Origin: Mobula hypostoma
Taxonomy: Eukaryota
DNA: 64,000 nucleotides
Reading direction: 5' to 3'
NCBI RefSeq assembly: GCF_963921235.1
Contig: NC_086097.1
Span: 33,792,001 to 33,856,000, forward strand
The notes under the pieces are model-generated. The model searched no databases. It was not told where the DNA came from and worked only from the letters and a program-made list of their open reading frames with translations. The position numbers and the translations under genes are program-made. Positions 13,073 through 24,592 of this stretch are shown piece by piece. Numbering within the stretch: position 1 is the first letter of the stretch; each line of letters opens with the position of its first letter.

Positions 13073-14268
13073 CAGTTGGTGTTAGATTTGTGTTGAAAAC
13101 AAAAGGTGGTCGCTGCGGAGATGGCTGGAGTGAATGGAATTCCTTTCTATAGAAACACAATGTATTCAAGGGTCTGATCTGGGGGTCAGTAACGTTTTCC
13201 AGGCCAGCGCACTTGATCTAGTCAACATTATCCCAGAGATTTTCATGTGAGCTTTGATGCTGAAGTTTGAAGTTTATTCCCAAGTACAGGTATATGCAGG
13301 GAAAGAGTCAATTAATCATTGGCTTGTGCCCTGTATGCTGACAGTTGATAACTGAACTGCAGATCTCATAAATTAACCAGCTTAATTTAATGTTTTGTGG
13401 GGAATTTTATCCTGGGTTGAACCTCCATTCAAAACTCTTGCTTGTAGCACAGACTGGCTAACAGGAATTCTCATTTAAAACAAAACTTACTACAATACGT
13501 ATGTTTGCTCAGAATTAATAAATCAGGTATCACATTTTTTTGGCCATCCAAGAAATCATTGAAATCAAGGACTCATACAGAGAAGAGGCGCATGATTTTT
13601 TTAGTATAACGTGGCTGTTGCACACACGTTCAAGTTCAATGTCAAGGAGTTCGAAGATGATTTGAAATCAGCCTCTGAGTTGAAATGTGTCCAAGTACAT
13701 GCATGCACAGGCGCCGTGAGAAGCTTACTTGCTATGTGGTTATGATGGTGCTTCGAGTAAGTTTCTCGCTGCATCTGTGCATATATATATATATACTTGT
13801 GCATGTGGCAATAAACTCCACTTTGATTTTAACTTTGCCGTATCAGTGTAGACACACATGGACACCATAAAGAGCCCTGCTCACAAACCACATATATAGA
13901 AACACCAGAGCAGGGAAGGAACATCCGGCCCTTTAAGCTTATACCCTCAGTATAATTATAGTTGATTTTCTGTCTTGGTGCCCTATTTCTGCCCTTTCCC
14001 CAACTCCCTTGTTGCCTCTGTGTCTAGAATATGCACTCACTCTATACACACCTACATGCTAAAGTGTCTCAGTTCAGTGATTTGCCAACGATATCAGCTG
14101 AAGTACCAAAGGGCAGAGCATCTGTTGTTTAGGAATTTATTTCTGGCTAACATCATTGAAAGTACTAAACATTAGCAGCAGTTAATAGAAGAGAATTTCA
14201 TAAGCGGAGTCTTCTCTATTATTGCCACTATGCTGAGCGTTTAGCAGGACTAACAAGTGATGATATTA

Positions 14269-15446
14269 CAGCCAGCGGCCACTTCATTAGCTACACCTGT
14301 ACACCTGTTCATTATATAAATATCTAATACTAGGCGGGAGGAGAAGATGGCAGTGCGCGCAGCTCCCCGGTGAAATGATACCGTATCTGTTAAATAGGGG
14401 CCGTGGACAATTCTGATCTGATGGAGACAGGCGTGAAAGCACAGAGGAACATCTGGAGAAATTTCTGAAATGCCTGGTTCGCTGCTGTTGGTACTTTACG
14501 ATCGAGAATCTTCTGGAGGGTAGGCCCCAAAATCCCCGGCTTTGCCTGCTGCTGGTGACCAAGGCTGAGGTCGAAGCGCTCAGATAGAGATGATGCTCGG
14601 TAGTTGGTGTCGGAGGGCTGATCAGAGCTCGAAGGTTTTGGACGACTCAGAGTCGGACTGTGGGCAGGCATGGCAGGGAGAGTTTTCTTCCTTCTCCCGT
14701 CTGCGTGAGGTATGGGACTTCTGAAAAACTTTGAACTTTTTTATTGTGCCATGGACTGTTCTTCATCAAGTTATGGTATTGTTGCACTGTTGTAACTATA
14801 CGTTATAATTATGTGGTTTTGTTAGTTTTTCAGTCTTGGTCTGTCCTGTGTTTTGTGATATCATACCAAAGGAATATTGTATCATTTTTTAATGCATGCA
14901 TTACTAAATGACAATAAAAGAGGACTGCGTGCCCTAATAATCTAATAATCTAATCTAATCAGCCAATCACGTGGAAGGAACTCAATGCATAAGAGATTCA
15001 CTTGTTATTCAGACCAAACATCAGAGTGGGGAAGAAATGTGATCTAAGTGACTTTGACCATGATATGATTGTTGGTGCCAGATGGTGTGGTTTGAGTATC
15101 TCAGAAAGTGCTGATCTCCCGGGATTTTCAGGCACAACAGAGTTTACAGGGAATGGTGCAAAATAAGAAATAAAAACATTCAGTGGGCAGCAGTTCTGTG
15201 GGCGAAAACACCTTGTTAATGAGAGATCTCAAAGGAGAATGGTCAAAAGAGACTGGTTCAAGTTGACAGGAAATCGCCGGTAACTCAAATAACCACGCAG
15301 CACAACAATGGTATGCAAAAGAGCATCTCTGAATGCACAGCACACCGAACCTTGAAGTGGATGGGCTATAGCAGAAGACTTCGAACATACAGTCAGTGGT
15401 CCCTTAATTAGGTACAGGATGTACTTAATAAAACACCTACTGAGTA
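14269..15446 (+). mobile_element. Non-autonomous Tc1/mariner element (deleted transposase) carrying a retroposon insertion
   Basis: TA-flanked degenerate TIRs (cagccagcggccacttcattagctaca / tgtacttaataaaacacctactgagta). From 15026: VGKKCDLSDFDHDMIVGARWCGLSISESADLPGFS, a Tc1 N-terminal HTH. Extra TIR copy at ~15390-15415. Confidence 0.7.
14333..14960 (+). mobile_element. Non-coding ~630-bp retroposon (AAGATGGC head, (TAATC)n tail), copy 1
   Basis: Homologous over its full length to 42215-42895 and 45858-46530. Ends aatgacaataaa...(taatc)n. Confidence 0.8.
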
Positions 15447-15509
15447 TATATCCTCAGATGGAAATAACCTTTTTGTTGGGCCATTATAAACCCTGGTTTG
15501 CAATAAAAA

Positions 15510-15715
15510 CAAAAAATGCTCGTAAAACTGAAATGATGAGGTATCATTGGTAGAAAGAGAAACAGTTACTGTTTCAGACTGAGAGGTTTCATCAGAACTG
15601 GGGAAGAGGGAAAACAAAATGGTCCAGGTAGTTTTCTTCTTCCTTCCTGATCTTATGAATTGTTCCAGCAGTTTTTGGTTTTATCTGAGATTTCTAGCAT
15701 CTGCAGTTTTTCTTT
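15510..15715. mobile_element. Old PLE-end-derived short insert with a degenerate hammerhead (minus strand 15563-15600)
   Basis: Minus strand reads cagtt-CTGATGA-aacctctcagtct-GAAA-cagta-actg; right end gatttctagcatctgcag as in other PLE ends. Confidence 0.5.
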
Positions 15716-16635
15716 TGATTTGCACTAGCCTGCGGTGTTAATTATAACCTCCATTTTGGGGTTAGCGCTGAATCAGACAACACCTTACTCTGTTCGTACT
15801 GGCCAGGAATCGGGCTCCTACTTTGCCCTCCATAAACATTTCATATACAATCCACTGAGAAATGAAAAATCCATAGGCTATGTGATCCAGCTGTGGCCAG
15901 CTACGGAAGTCAAAAACAACAACAGACTGAAAGCATAGGCAAATAAAGTTGTAAAAGATAATGGGATCTGAGGTTTTGGAGAATTTTGGAAACCAGGAAA
16001 GGATTAATCAAAAGGCAGTTGTAGAGTGTGACCATAAACTGACAAGAAATATAAAACCAGATCAAAAGATTTTCTGAAGACATTCAAGGTGGTTGAAAGT
16101 AGCAAAGTTAAACCTCAGCCCCTTAGAAGGACAGACAGTATAATAAACAATGGAGAATATTGAACAGAGAGATGTTAAACAAATATTCAGAGTCTGGTTT
16201 CACAGTATAAGCCACAAAATGAACGCCAAACATGGTAACCAGAAAAAAATGTAGCGAGGAAATAAAATTAATTAATGTAACTGGAAGAAGGATTTTCTTC
16301 AATGCTTTATATCAGTGGAGTGAAATACCAGGTTTATTTTTTTTACCACTGCCTCATAAGATGGAAAGCAATTAGAAGATATCTGATTCTAACCTTGTGA
16401 CAACAGCGTGAAATCTGAGATTGTCAATGGAGTCAGTACGACCAGTCATTTTCAAACTGACAAACTAACAAGCGGGATCCTTCAGGGCTAAGCGGTGGGA
16501 CTTTAATTGTTTGTGGTCTGTATTCTAGAAGCGAGGCTTTGGTTTTAAACAAGGGGAGTCCATGGTTTTGGTGTGTTTTATGTGACGTGCTTTGCACAGC
16601 GCTACCATATGTGATGGAGATCTCAGAATTCAAAA

Positions 16636-17068
16636 AACAAAGCTGCAGATGCTGGATATCTGAAGTTAGAACAGAAAATGCTGGAAACGCTCAGCAGGTC
16701 AGCAGCCCAGCATCTGTGCACAAGTGGCAGCAATTCACCTGCAGTTCTGTGGTGTTTACAATGTGGTCTTTTCTACATTGGAGAAACCACATACAGAGTT
16801 GATGACTGCTTTGTAATGACCTGTATTCAGCCAGCAGCCATGACCCTGGGCCTCGTGTTGCCTCTCCATCTCATTCCATTCTACTTATCTGTTTGTTATC
16901 TCCTGTTTTGTTTTACAAGGTCCAACATAAGTTCAAACAGCAGCAGCTCATGGCCCGGAGCATTGACTATCTATTCGTTTCCATAAATGCTGCCTGACCT
17001 GCTGAGTTCTTCCAGCATTTTGGGTGTGTTGCTTTGGGTTTTCAGCATCTGCAGATTTTCTTGTGTTC
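16636..17068 (+). mobile_element. Old PLE remnant (GIY-YIG fragment flanked by PLE-end sequences)
   Basis: ORF 16678-16986 contains CLQCGLFYIGETTYRVDDCF, homologous to CSRCGLLYIGETQHRLGDHF. 16950-17068 is a PLE 3'-end copy; 16636-16716 is an inverted end. Confidence 0.65.
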
Positions 17069-18168
17069 GTGAGCTCATCCTACATCTGAGCACGTTGCAG
17101 GCTCTGAGAGTGTAACAAATTCTCCTAACTTTGGGTGACTCTCTTTTACTGTCTCGATCCAAGTTGGCCTTATTTGCTGCAAAGCCACCACTGTGATATA
17201 AGCTGTCTTCATTCTACATTAGTACAGTGTAACCTGCTGGTCACGACCCATAGCTCTGTCGTGACAGATAATGCCAACAAAAATGCATCATCATCATCAT
17301 CATCATCTAAAATCACTCAGCCTGGCATTGCCCTATTGCAGATATTCCTCTTGTCCTTTCCATTCGTCCAGCCACCTTCTCTGAAACTTAAAATCACTTT
17401 TAAAATCTCTCTTTCCCAAGTTTGATGAAGAATAGCTGAGCCAAAACTTTGGCCCCTCTAGTCCATGCCGAACTATCAATCTGTCTAGTTCCATTGACCT
17501 GTACCTGGACCATAGCTCTCCGCTCCCCTCCCATACATCTACCTACCTAAATTTCTCTTAAAGGAGGAATCTGAACCTGAATCCACCACTTCCACTGGCA
17601 AGTCGTCCCGCACCCTCACCACCCTCAGAGTGAAGAGGTTCCAGGTCATGTTCCCCTTAAATAGCTCATTGCGCTAACCACCACGCTACCATGCCGCTAA
17701 TCCTGCATTTCAAGTTCCACACATTTTCTTCGACACCCCAGATTCTGATACTGGCCTACCACACTGCTCATCTTTGGGATGTGGAGGGAGACCAGAGCAC
17801 CGGGAGGACACCCATGCTTTCACAGGGAGACCATGCAAACTGTGCACAGGAAGGATGGGAGTAGGCACAGACTAGATGGGCCGAAGGGCCTGTTTTTTTT
17901 TTTGGCTGTACTCCTCTATGACTGTGACTCTATGAATCAATGGAGATCAGGATTGAACCCAAGTCATTGGAACTGTATGGCAGCAAATTTACTGGCTGCG
18001 CCACTTTGGTTGTCAATGGGATAAAATCCAATGACTTCTGTTCCTCCCTCCCACATCAGGCTGTAATATTGAAATTAACCTCTGGAATTTCTGTCCAACG
18101 ACTTAAGCAATCTAGTTAAAAAGTGTAAAACAAATTTTATAGAAGTGAAGAATATTGAACGTAATTAC

Positions 18169-18477
18169 CATGATGTCCAACTGACATTGAATCATAAATC
18201 ATCTTGCAGGACTTAAGCAGGTAGGTGACCTTCTTGTCTGGTGAGTAGGTCTGGTGCATAATGCTGAGCTTCTGGTGGATCTTTTCCAGGACACTTACTT
18301 CTGGTACACTAGTCGTCACACCCAACTCAGTGGTGGTTGTATTTTGCACAATCTGTTGGTTTTCTTTCAAAAGTTTCAGATTGCCATTTTTGGAATGAAT
18401 TTCCTTCAACTGATTGTTGATGTTGTCCTTTAAGGGTTTCAGAACACATTTGCATAAAGCTGCTTCCACGACGGCCT
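18169..18477 (-). CDS. RIN3: RIN3 exon (309 bp), RH end and start of the VPS9 (Rab5 GEF) domain
   Basis: ttgtccatttcag|AG GCC GTC...CAT G|gtaatt, phase 1-1. Peptide EAVVEAALCKCVLKPLK...TTTTELGVTTSVP...YSPDKKVTYLLKSCKMIYDSM is typical of RIN2/RIN3. Confidence 0.95.
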
Positions 18478-18719
18478 CTGAAATGGACAAGTTTTCATCC
18501 ATTAACAAATGCGCATTGGGTATTAATGAAAGGTTTAATATTGTCAAAACATTAACATATTTCTCCAACATGGTAATTTCTACAACAGATTCCACGCCCC
18601 CCCCCCCCGCCCCCAGCCAGTACAGGAGGGTTCTGTAGCCATATATTGAGAGCTTTCCAGTATTTAGTTTGGGTTTTAAACTGTTTCAAGTGGGAATGAG
18701 CTATGTGATTTTTAGGCAT

Positions 18720-19002
18720 AATTTTATTCACTTATTGAGATACAGTGTGGAATAAGCCCTTCCTGCCCTTTGAGCCATGCCGCCAGTAATCGTCCGATTT
18801 AATCTGAGCCATTCATGGGACAATTTACAATGACCGATCAATCTATGAACCTGTATGCCTTTGGACTGTGGGAGGAAACCGGAGCACCCAGGGGAAACCC
18901 ACGCAGTCACGGGGAGAATTTACAAACTCTTTACAGGCAGTGATGGGGATTGAACCTGGGTTGCCTGTACTGTAAACCATTGTGCTAACCACTACGCTAC
19001 TG
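18720..19002 (-). mobile_element. tRNA-derived V-domain SINE
   Basis: cagtagcgtagtggttagc head, caggttcaatccc B box, V-domain ctgcgtgggtttcccctgggtgctccggtttcctcccacagtccaaag. Confidence 0.85.
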
Positions 19003-20774
19003 TTTTCTATGACTGACCTTGCAATGAGACCTCTAGTCCATATTTATTTTGCTTTTCAAGTCAGTGTTTGAAGGCTAGACATAAATTCTGTTTGCAGATT
19101 ATCTTTCACTAAGCAATAGTTTATATTTGTGTGCTTACAGGATAGTTCAATCAAAATTGTGCATCTTATTTTGTCTAATGCACGGCTACACTTGGTTAGA
19201 ATACAGTCCTCACTTGTTAAATGTTTTAGGGAGAGTAAGGAGGAAGGTCAGAAGTCTCGTTTTATTCATCCAGATTGACTCAAAGAGCTATATTTAGAAA
19301 TAGAAATGTGAAGATTGAGATGTATAAGGATATGGAAGGCTAAGTTGTGTTTGTATAAAACAACTATTTCAATAGTATCTAATAGTGAGACCAGAGATTG
19401 TCTTCACAATAATACTTTGGATTTTAGCTTTCTTTAACCAAGAGGATAGTGAACCCACTGAAATGATGCAGCCCTGTAAAACCTGACTTGCTGAAGATAC
19501 CATTTGAAGTTTGCATCTGATTCTGGCTGCAATGAGTTCAGCTGATACAAGAGATAAGCATCTTCAAATGTTGTTCAGAGCCAACATTATCTCCTGGGCT
19601 ACTTCTTGTAATTCCCTAAAGGAAATTTCCAGTGATTGCCATTTCTCTTCTTATTGCTACCAGCTGATAGGGTTGGTTATGATAAATTGTGAGACGCCAA
19701 GCACAAATGTACGGCTGGCTTTCGGCAAGTTTGGTTGCCACTAGAAGCAGCATGCAAATAGTGTGCAGTCTCTGCAGGTTACAGTCCAAATAAAGGCAAG
19801 CCATGGCTTGGGGTTGACTTGAAGTTTTTGCTTGTCACACCTTCTCAGACCTCCAACATACTCCACCTTCTTTGTTAAATGATGTGAAAAACATCACAAC
19901 ATTGTTAATAAACCAATTAAGTCTCAGTTTCAGCCCACCAGGTGAACCCAGAGAGCCCCATGATGTATATGTCTGGAGTAAAGGACCCAGGGCTAGGTTA
20001 TTGGGTATCTTTACTGAGGTACGTCTTCTTGCTTCACTTAGAGATTTAATACACAGCATTCAGTCTATAGAAGACTTCTTATTCAAATGTCAATTGAGAA
20101 ATGACAACAAATCTTTTCTTAATTTGATGAAGTATTTCCAAAAGATCACTTTCTCATTTGTTATATTTCAACCTACTGTATATTAGTTCCGTGGAAGGCA
20201 GAGACCTGTAACCATGCAAGAATTTCATCTAGTGTAACTCAAAATGAAATACCATGTAGAAAGCAGCCATATTTTACAGATTTAATCTTTTGTAATTCAC
20301 AGTATTTGTTAATGTTCTTTTTAAAATTGTTATGTGCTTGCAGGATGTGGGCATTGCTGGCAAGATCTAAGAGCCAGTGGTTTACTCGGGTGTTTCGAAC
20401 TCCATTTAAGACTCATCCATATTGGTGGGTCCGCAGTAACACTTAGGCCAGCCTGGACAGGGTTACAGTTTTCCTTCTTTGAAGGACATTAGTGAGCCAG
20501 ACAGGTTTTACACTGTTCTCTTAGGCACCCGTGACGCTGCTACACACAGGTTTATCATTGTACTTGTGCGTATATATATATATAGTTGTGCTTATTCAAC
20601 CTGCCTCGACCTTGACTCTGTCTAATTTTATGGTTGCTATTACCAGCACTGACATGTGTTTCCGGATTTACTTAATTGTTGAATTTAAATTTATCAGCAA
20701 GTGGATGTCAAAATCGCATCTCTTGATCATTTTTTTTTGCAAGCAGCCACCGAACTACTTTATTCTAAACTTTA

Positions 20775-21015
20775 TTTTATTAATTTTCAGAGATACAACA
20801 TGGTAACAGGCCCTTCCGGCCCAGTTACACCCATGTGACCAAATAAACTACTAACCCCCATGTCTTTGGACTGTGGGAGGAAACCAGAACACCAGGAGGA
20901 AACCCAGGCGGTGATGGGGAGAAAGTACAAACTCCTTACAGACAGTGGCAGGAATTGAACACAGGTCATTGGCACCGTAATAGTGTAATACTAACCATTA
21001 CATTACAGTGCTGCC
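20775..21015 (-). mobile_element. tRNA-derived V-domain SINE about 100 bp downstream of the RIN3 large-exon donor
   Basis: gtgttcaattcctg B box and V-domain ttctccccatcaccgcctgggtttcctcc...cagtccaaagac. Confidence 0.8.
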
Positions 21016-21112
21016 CAACTTAACTTCATGGTATTCTAAATTCTCCTTGAATTCATACAGGGACATACTAAATTTCTACCTATACGTATGAATAGTAAAG
21101 ATTCATCATTAC

Positions 21113-22534
21113 CCAGTTTATCTTCAGATTGATTAGACGAGTCGATCATTAAGGTCAGCTCTGTACTTTGCAATAAATAGCTTTTGAGCTGTGTCATCAT
21201 CTGTCGGATCTCCTGCAGCATTTCTGTGCTGGATGTCTGATTTCCCATCATCTCCAAAGTGTAGGCTCTATAATCCTGAATCAACTGACCAAAGTAAGAG
21301 GCCTTCTCTTGAGCAAGTTCCGTTATTTTCTTCATAATCTTTCTGTCTGTGGAACGGAAGGCATTCAAAACATTGGTTAATGTCATTATGGACAGTCTGT
21401 TTCGTGCCTTGTTTAGCATCATGGACTGGTGTTGCTTCTTGAGTTTAGAAGGAGTATTCAACGAATCTAGTTCTTCCTCTGTGCTGCTGTTCGAATAAGA
21501 GTCTATTTCATCAGTGGGGCTGACTGCATTACATTCAGGAGAGTACAGAGATTCATCAGCCATTTTCAACTCAGTGAAGTTACTTGGCTGACCCGATTGA
21601 CTATCAGCGCTGGTTAAACTTTGGGCTGAGGAGTCAGAAGCATCTTCTGACAGACCCTTTGCTGTGTTTAACTCAGAAGTTGTTGGTGTTTTGCTTTCCT
21701 GACCTGTGGTCGTGCCTTCTCGTTCGGTTTCTCTCCTGGCAATTTTCTTCCTCCTTGGAGGTGCAATGGGTGTCTGCTGACAAGACTGTTTCCTTTGCTC
21801 TGTGTCAGGCCCGGCTGGAATGGTGCTAGTAAGGCTTGTATCAACATTTGTGGTTTTCTCACTTAACAAATTCTGTTCGTTCTCTGTCGACTTGATGCAA
21901 GTTTGGTCGGATAGCTCATCATTCTGTGTATTACCGTTGCTTTGTGCCATCTCCTCGCTCTTGTTACATGTAGTGTCTGTAGGCTGCCTTTCTGCTGGCC
22001 GGCGCCTTGGTGGGACTGGAGGCAAGTGGTCAGTGTTTTGCTCTGCAATATTCACGGTCCTGATTTCAGCTTCTTTTCTCTCAAGTTCCTTTATTGGCTC
22101 GGCTAAACTTTCTTGGTCCTTTCTGATACGAACTTCTGTGTTTTGCTTGGCCGCTTCACCTTTCAGCAACTGGTTTCTCCTTCTGTCATTGTCAGACGTT
22201 ACAGCAATCACCTCAGAGAGCTTTGGCCGGGGTGGCAGAGGTGGAGGTCTCCTTACTTTCAGATCTGTGTTACTTGCAGGGTTCGAACTTCGCTGTAGTG
22301 GTGGCTCAGAAGAATGGACAGTGCTGCAGTATTCTTTTATAAATACAGGATTAACAAACCACAGCTTGTCATTTCCTGCTGACAATTCAATCTCACATGA
22401 GCAAGCACTCTTGCCAGAGGACAGACGTGGAGCAGTCGCAAAGTTCTGAGTTTGCCTATTAATAACGTTTACGTCTTTTGAAACTTTCAAACTTCCTCCT
22501 CGATCCCCTCTGTTCATGTAAGAGTTCCAGAAAT
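21113..22534 (-). CDS. RIN3: RIN3 large exon (1422 bp): Pro-rich/low-complexity region and RIN-homology domain
   Basis: Inside the 516-aa ORF 21036-22586. Acceptor ttctctgatttag|AT TTC TGG, donor CTG G|gtaatg, phase 1-1. Contains CSCEIELSAGNDKLWFVNPVFI (RIN3-type motif) and YFGQLIQDY...SSTEMLQEIRQMMTQLKSYLLQS. Confidence 0.95.
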
Positions 22535-23012
22535 CTAAATCAGAGAACAATGAGAATTGAGATGATTCATGAATAGAGATGGCCATAAATTGTTCCTTAT
22601 AGCCTGATAAATACTGATAAAAGATGTTAACCTTCAGATGAGTATAGCTTAAGAATTTATTCTATATTTTTCACTGTTTACTTCCATTAAAACCTAAATA
22701 TTTCACTGATATTCATTACACTCAGATTTCAGAACTCTGTTTAATCTCATTGCATGGGACTGACATTTGGAGATTTGTGCAACGTGTCAGCATGAGCATT
22801 TTGTTCATTTTTCATTTTTCCATACCATCCATGGGGGAAAAATTGAGTGAATCATGAAATGGGCACATAAATCTATGAATTCAATTTGCCCACCAAAATG
22901 GTGAGTCTGTAACATTAAGTAAGAATTCAACTTCTTGCATCGGACCAGCTAAACAAAAAAAAAACCCACAGGATCCTCATTTTCATCACACAGATATTAT
23001 TTCTGCTTTTAA

Positions 23013-23214
23013 AGCAACACACACAAACACAAACTACTGCAGGAACTCAGCAGGTCAGGCAGCATCTTTGAAAATGAATAAACAGTTGACATTTCAGGCT
23101 GAGAAATGTTGACTGTTTATTCATTTCCATAGATACTGCCTGACCTGCTGAGTTCCTCCAGCATTGTGTGTGCATTGCTTTGGATTTCCAGCACCTGCAC
23201 TCTTTTTTTGTGTT
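23013..23214. mobile_element. Palindromic PLE-end-derived insertion
   Basis: Two inverted PLE 3'-end arms meet at ~23095-23105. Direct repeat TTTCTGCTTTTAA at 23000-23012 and 23221-23233. Confidence 0.8.
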
Positions 23215-24190
23215 TATGATTTTCTGCTTTTAAGTACGTTGGGGGAAATTTGCATGGCTTTAAAACATGCCTACCAGAACTTTGGTGACAGAGCCTCAGA
23301 AATTCCAATAAGAGCTACACTATTGGCACTGTTCTCCTGGGCTTTAGCTGGTTCATTTGCAGTAAATGCAGTGAACAAGCAGTAAAGCCCTTGTTTGGTT
23401 GGAAACAACAGAATAAAAGCACTGTCAAAGGCGGCCCATAACTAATTCCAAATACAAAGAATTAGAAATGAACTAGAGTATGATTTTTTTATTGTTCTCT
23501 GCTTTTAGTTTTTTTTTCAAATGAAACATTTTGGTTGAGATAATGATGTTACAGGATTAAGTGTAAGAACATCGGAAATAGGAGCAGGGGCAGGTTGCCT
23601 GGATCTTTGAGCCTGCTTTGCCATAAGGTCCCAATACTTATTGATCCCATATATCCCCCATTTCTGTTTTGAATGACCGAGCCCCGCAGCCCTCCAGTGC
23701 AGAAAATGACTACGTTCGGAGTTCAGTAATTTCTCTTCCCCTCGGTTCCAAAGAGCCAAATTTAATTCTGACTGTGACCCTTGAATTATCCTTTTGCATC
23801 CAGCCTGTTGAACCCTCTCAGAATTGTGTAGACCATTGCCTCTTTCTAAACTCCAGGGAAGATAGCTCTCGTCAACTCAACCTCTCTTCATTTATTTGGC
23901 AAACTTAATTCCCTGGAATCCGTCCAGTGAGTCTTTGCTACATTCTCTTAATGACAAATACATCCTTTCTGAGGTAAGGAGAGACCTGTCCAGCATTCTT
24001 CAGGTGCAGGCTCACAGGGTCCCATATAATTGCATTAGGTTTCCTTACTCCTGTAATCAAAGCACTCATAGTATCTGATAACATACCATTTGATTTCAAT
24101 AATCAATTTTGCCCCTCCATATTGGCTTTCAGTGACTTGTTGACTTATTCAAAAAGCTAACAGTGCATCAGACGTCCCTTTGCTACATAC

Positions 24191-24282
24191 CTATACCCAG
24201 ATGTGAAGCAACCTCCAGTTCTTCGGAACTTGTTGCTTCTGCTATTACTTGTGGCAACATCAGGGGTGATGGCAGAATGTCC
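24191..24282 (-). CDS. RIN3: RIN3 internal coding exon (92 bp): (R)DILPSPLMLPQVIAEATSSEELEVASHLGI
   Basis: tttgttctttatgtttacag|G GAC ATT...ATA G|gtatgt. Phase 2 in completes AG+G=Arg from the 47976 exon; phase 1 out. Resembles RIN DLLPFTLRLPQAILEA. Lies inside track ORF 24183-24392. Confidence 0.93.
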
Positions 24283-24303
24283 CTGTAAACATAAAGAACA
24301 AAG

Positions 24304-24455
24304 TTTAGGAAACTCTTAGACAGGCATATGGATGATACAAAAATGAACGGCATGTGGGTGGGAAGAGATAGATTGCACTTAGAGTAGGTCAAAGGCTAGC
24401 ATAAAATTGTGGGCCGAAGGACCTGTACTGTGTTGTAATGATCTATTTTCTGTGT
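24304..24455 (+). mobile_element. CR1 3'-end fragment abutting the RIN3 92-bp exon acceptor
   Basis: aaactcttagacaggcatatggatgat...ttgtgggccgaaggacctgtactgtgttgtaatg matches CR1 3' UTRs elsewhere in the window (e.g. ~27660). Confidence 0.7.
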
Positions 24456-24592
24456 TCTAATGCAGCGGTCCCCAACCACCGGGCCGCGGACCGGTACCCG
24501 GCTGCAAAGCATGTGCTACCGGGCCGCGAGGAAACAATATGAGTCAGCTGCACCTTTCCTCATTTCCTGTCATGCACTGTTGAACTTGAACA

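Noticed and set aside
17285..17306. Short tandem repeats ((CAT)n, (AGAATC)n, (CATAGAA)n) as CRISPR or functional arrays
   Set aside because: They are microsatellites or LINE 3' tails, with no repeat-spacer structure and no cas genes.
21802..22449. 215-aa plus-strand ORF
   Set aside because: Antisense shadow of the RIN3 exon with no recognisable motif.
21036..22586. 516-aa ORF as a single-exon gene
   Set aside because: Both ends run into intron. Splice sites at 22534 and 21113 join in phase to neighbouring RIN3 exons.
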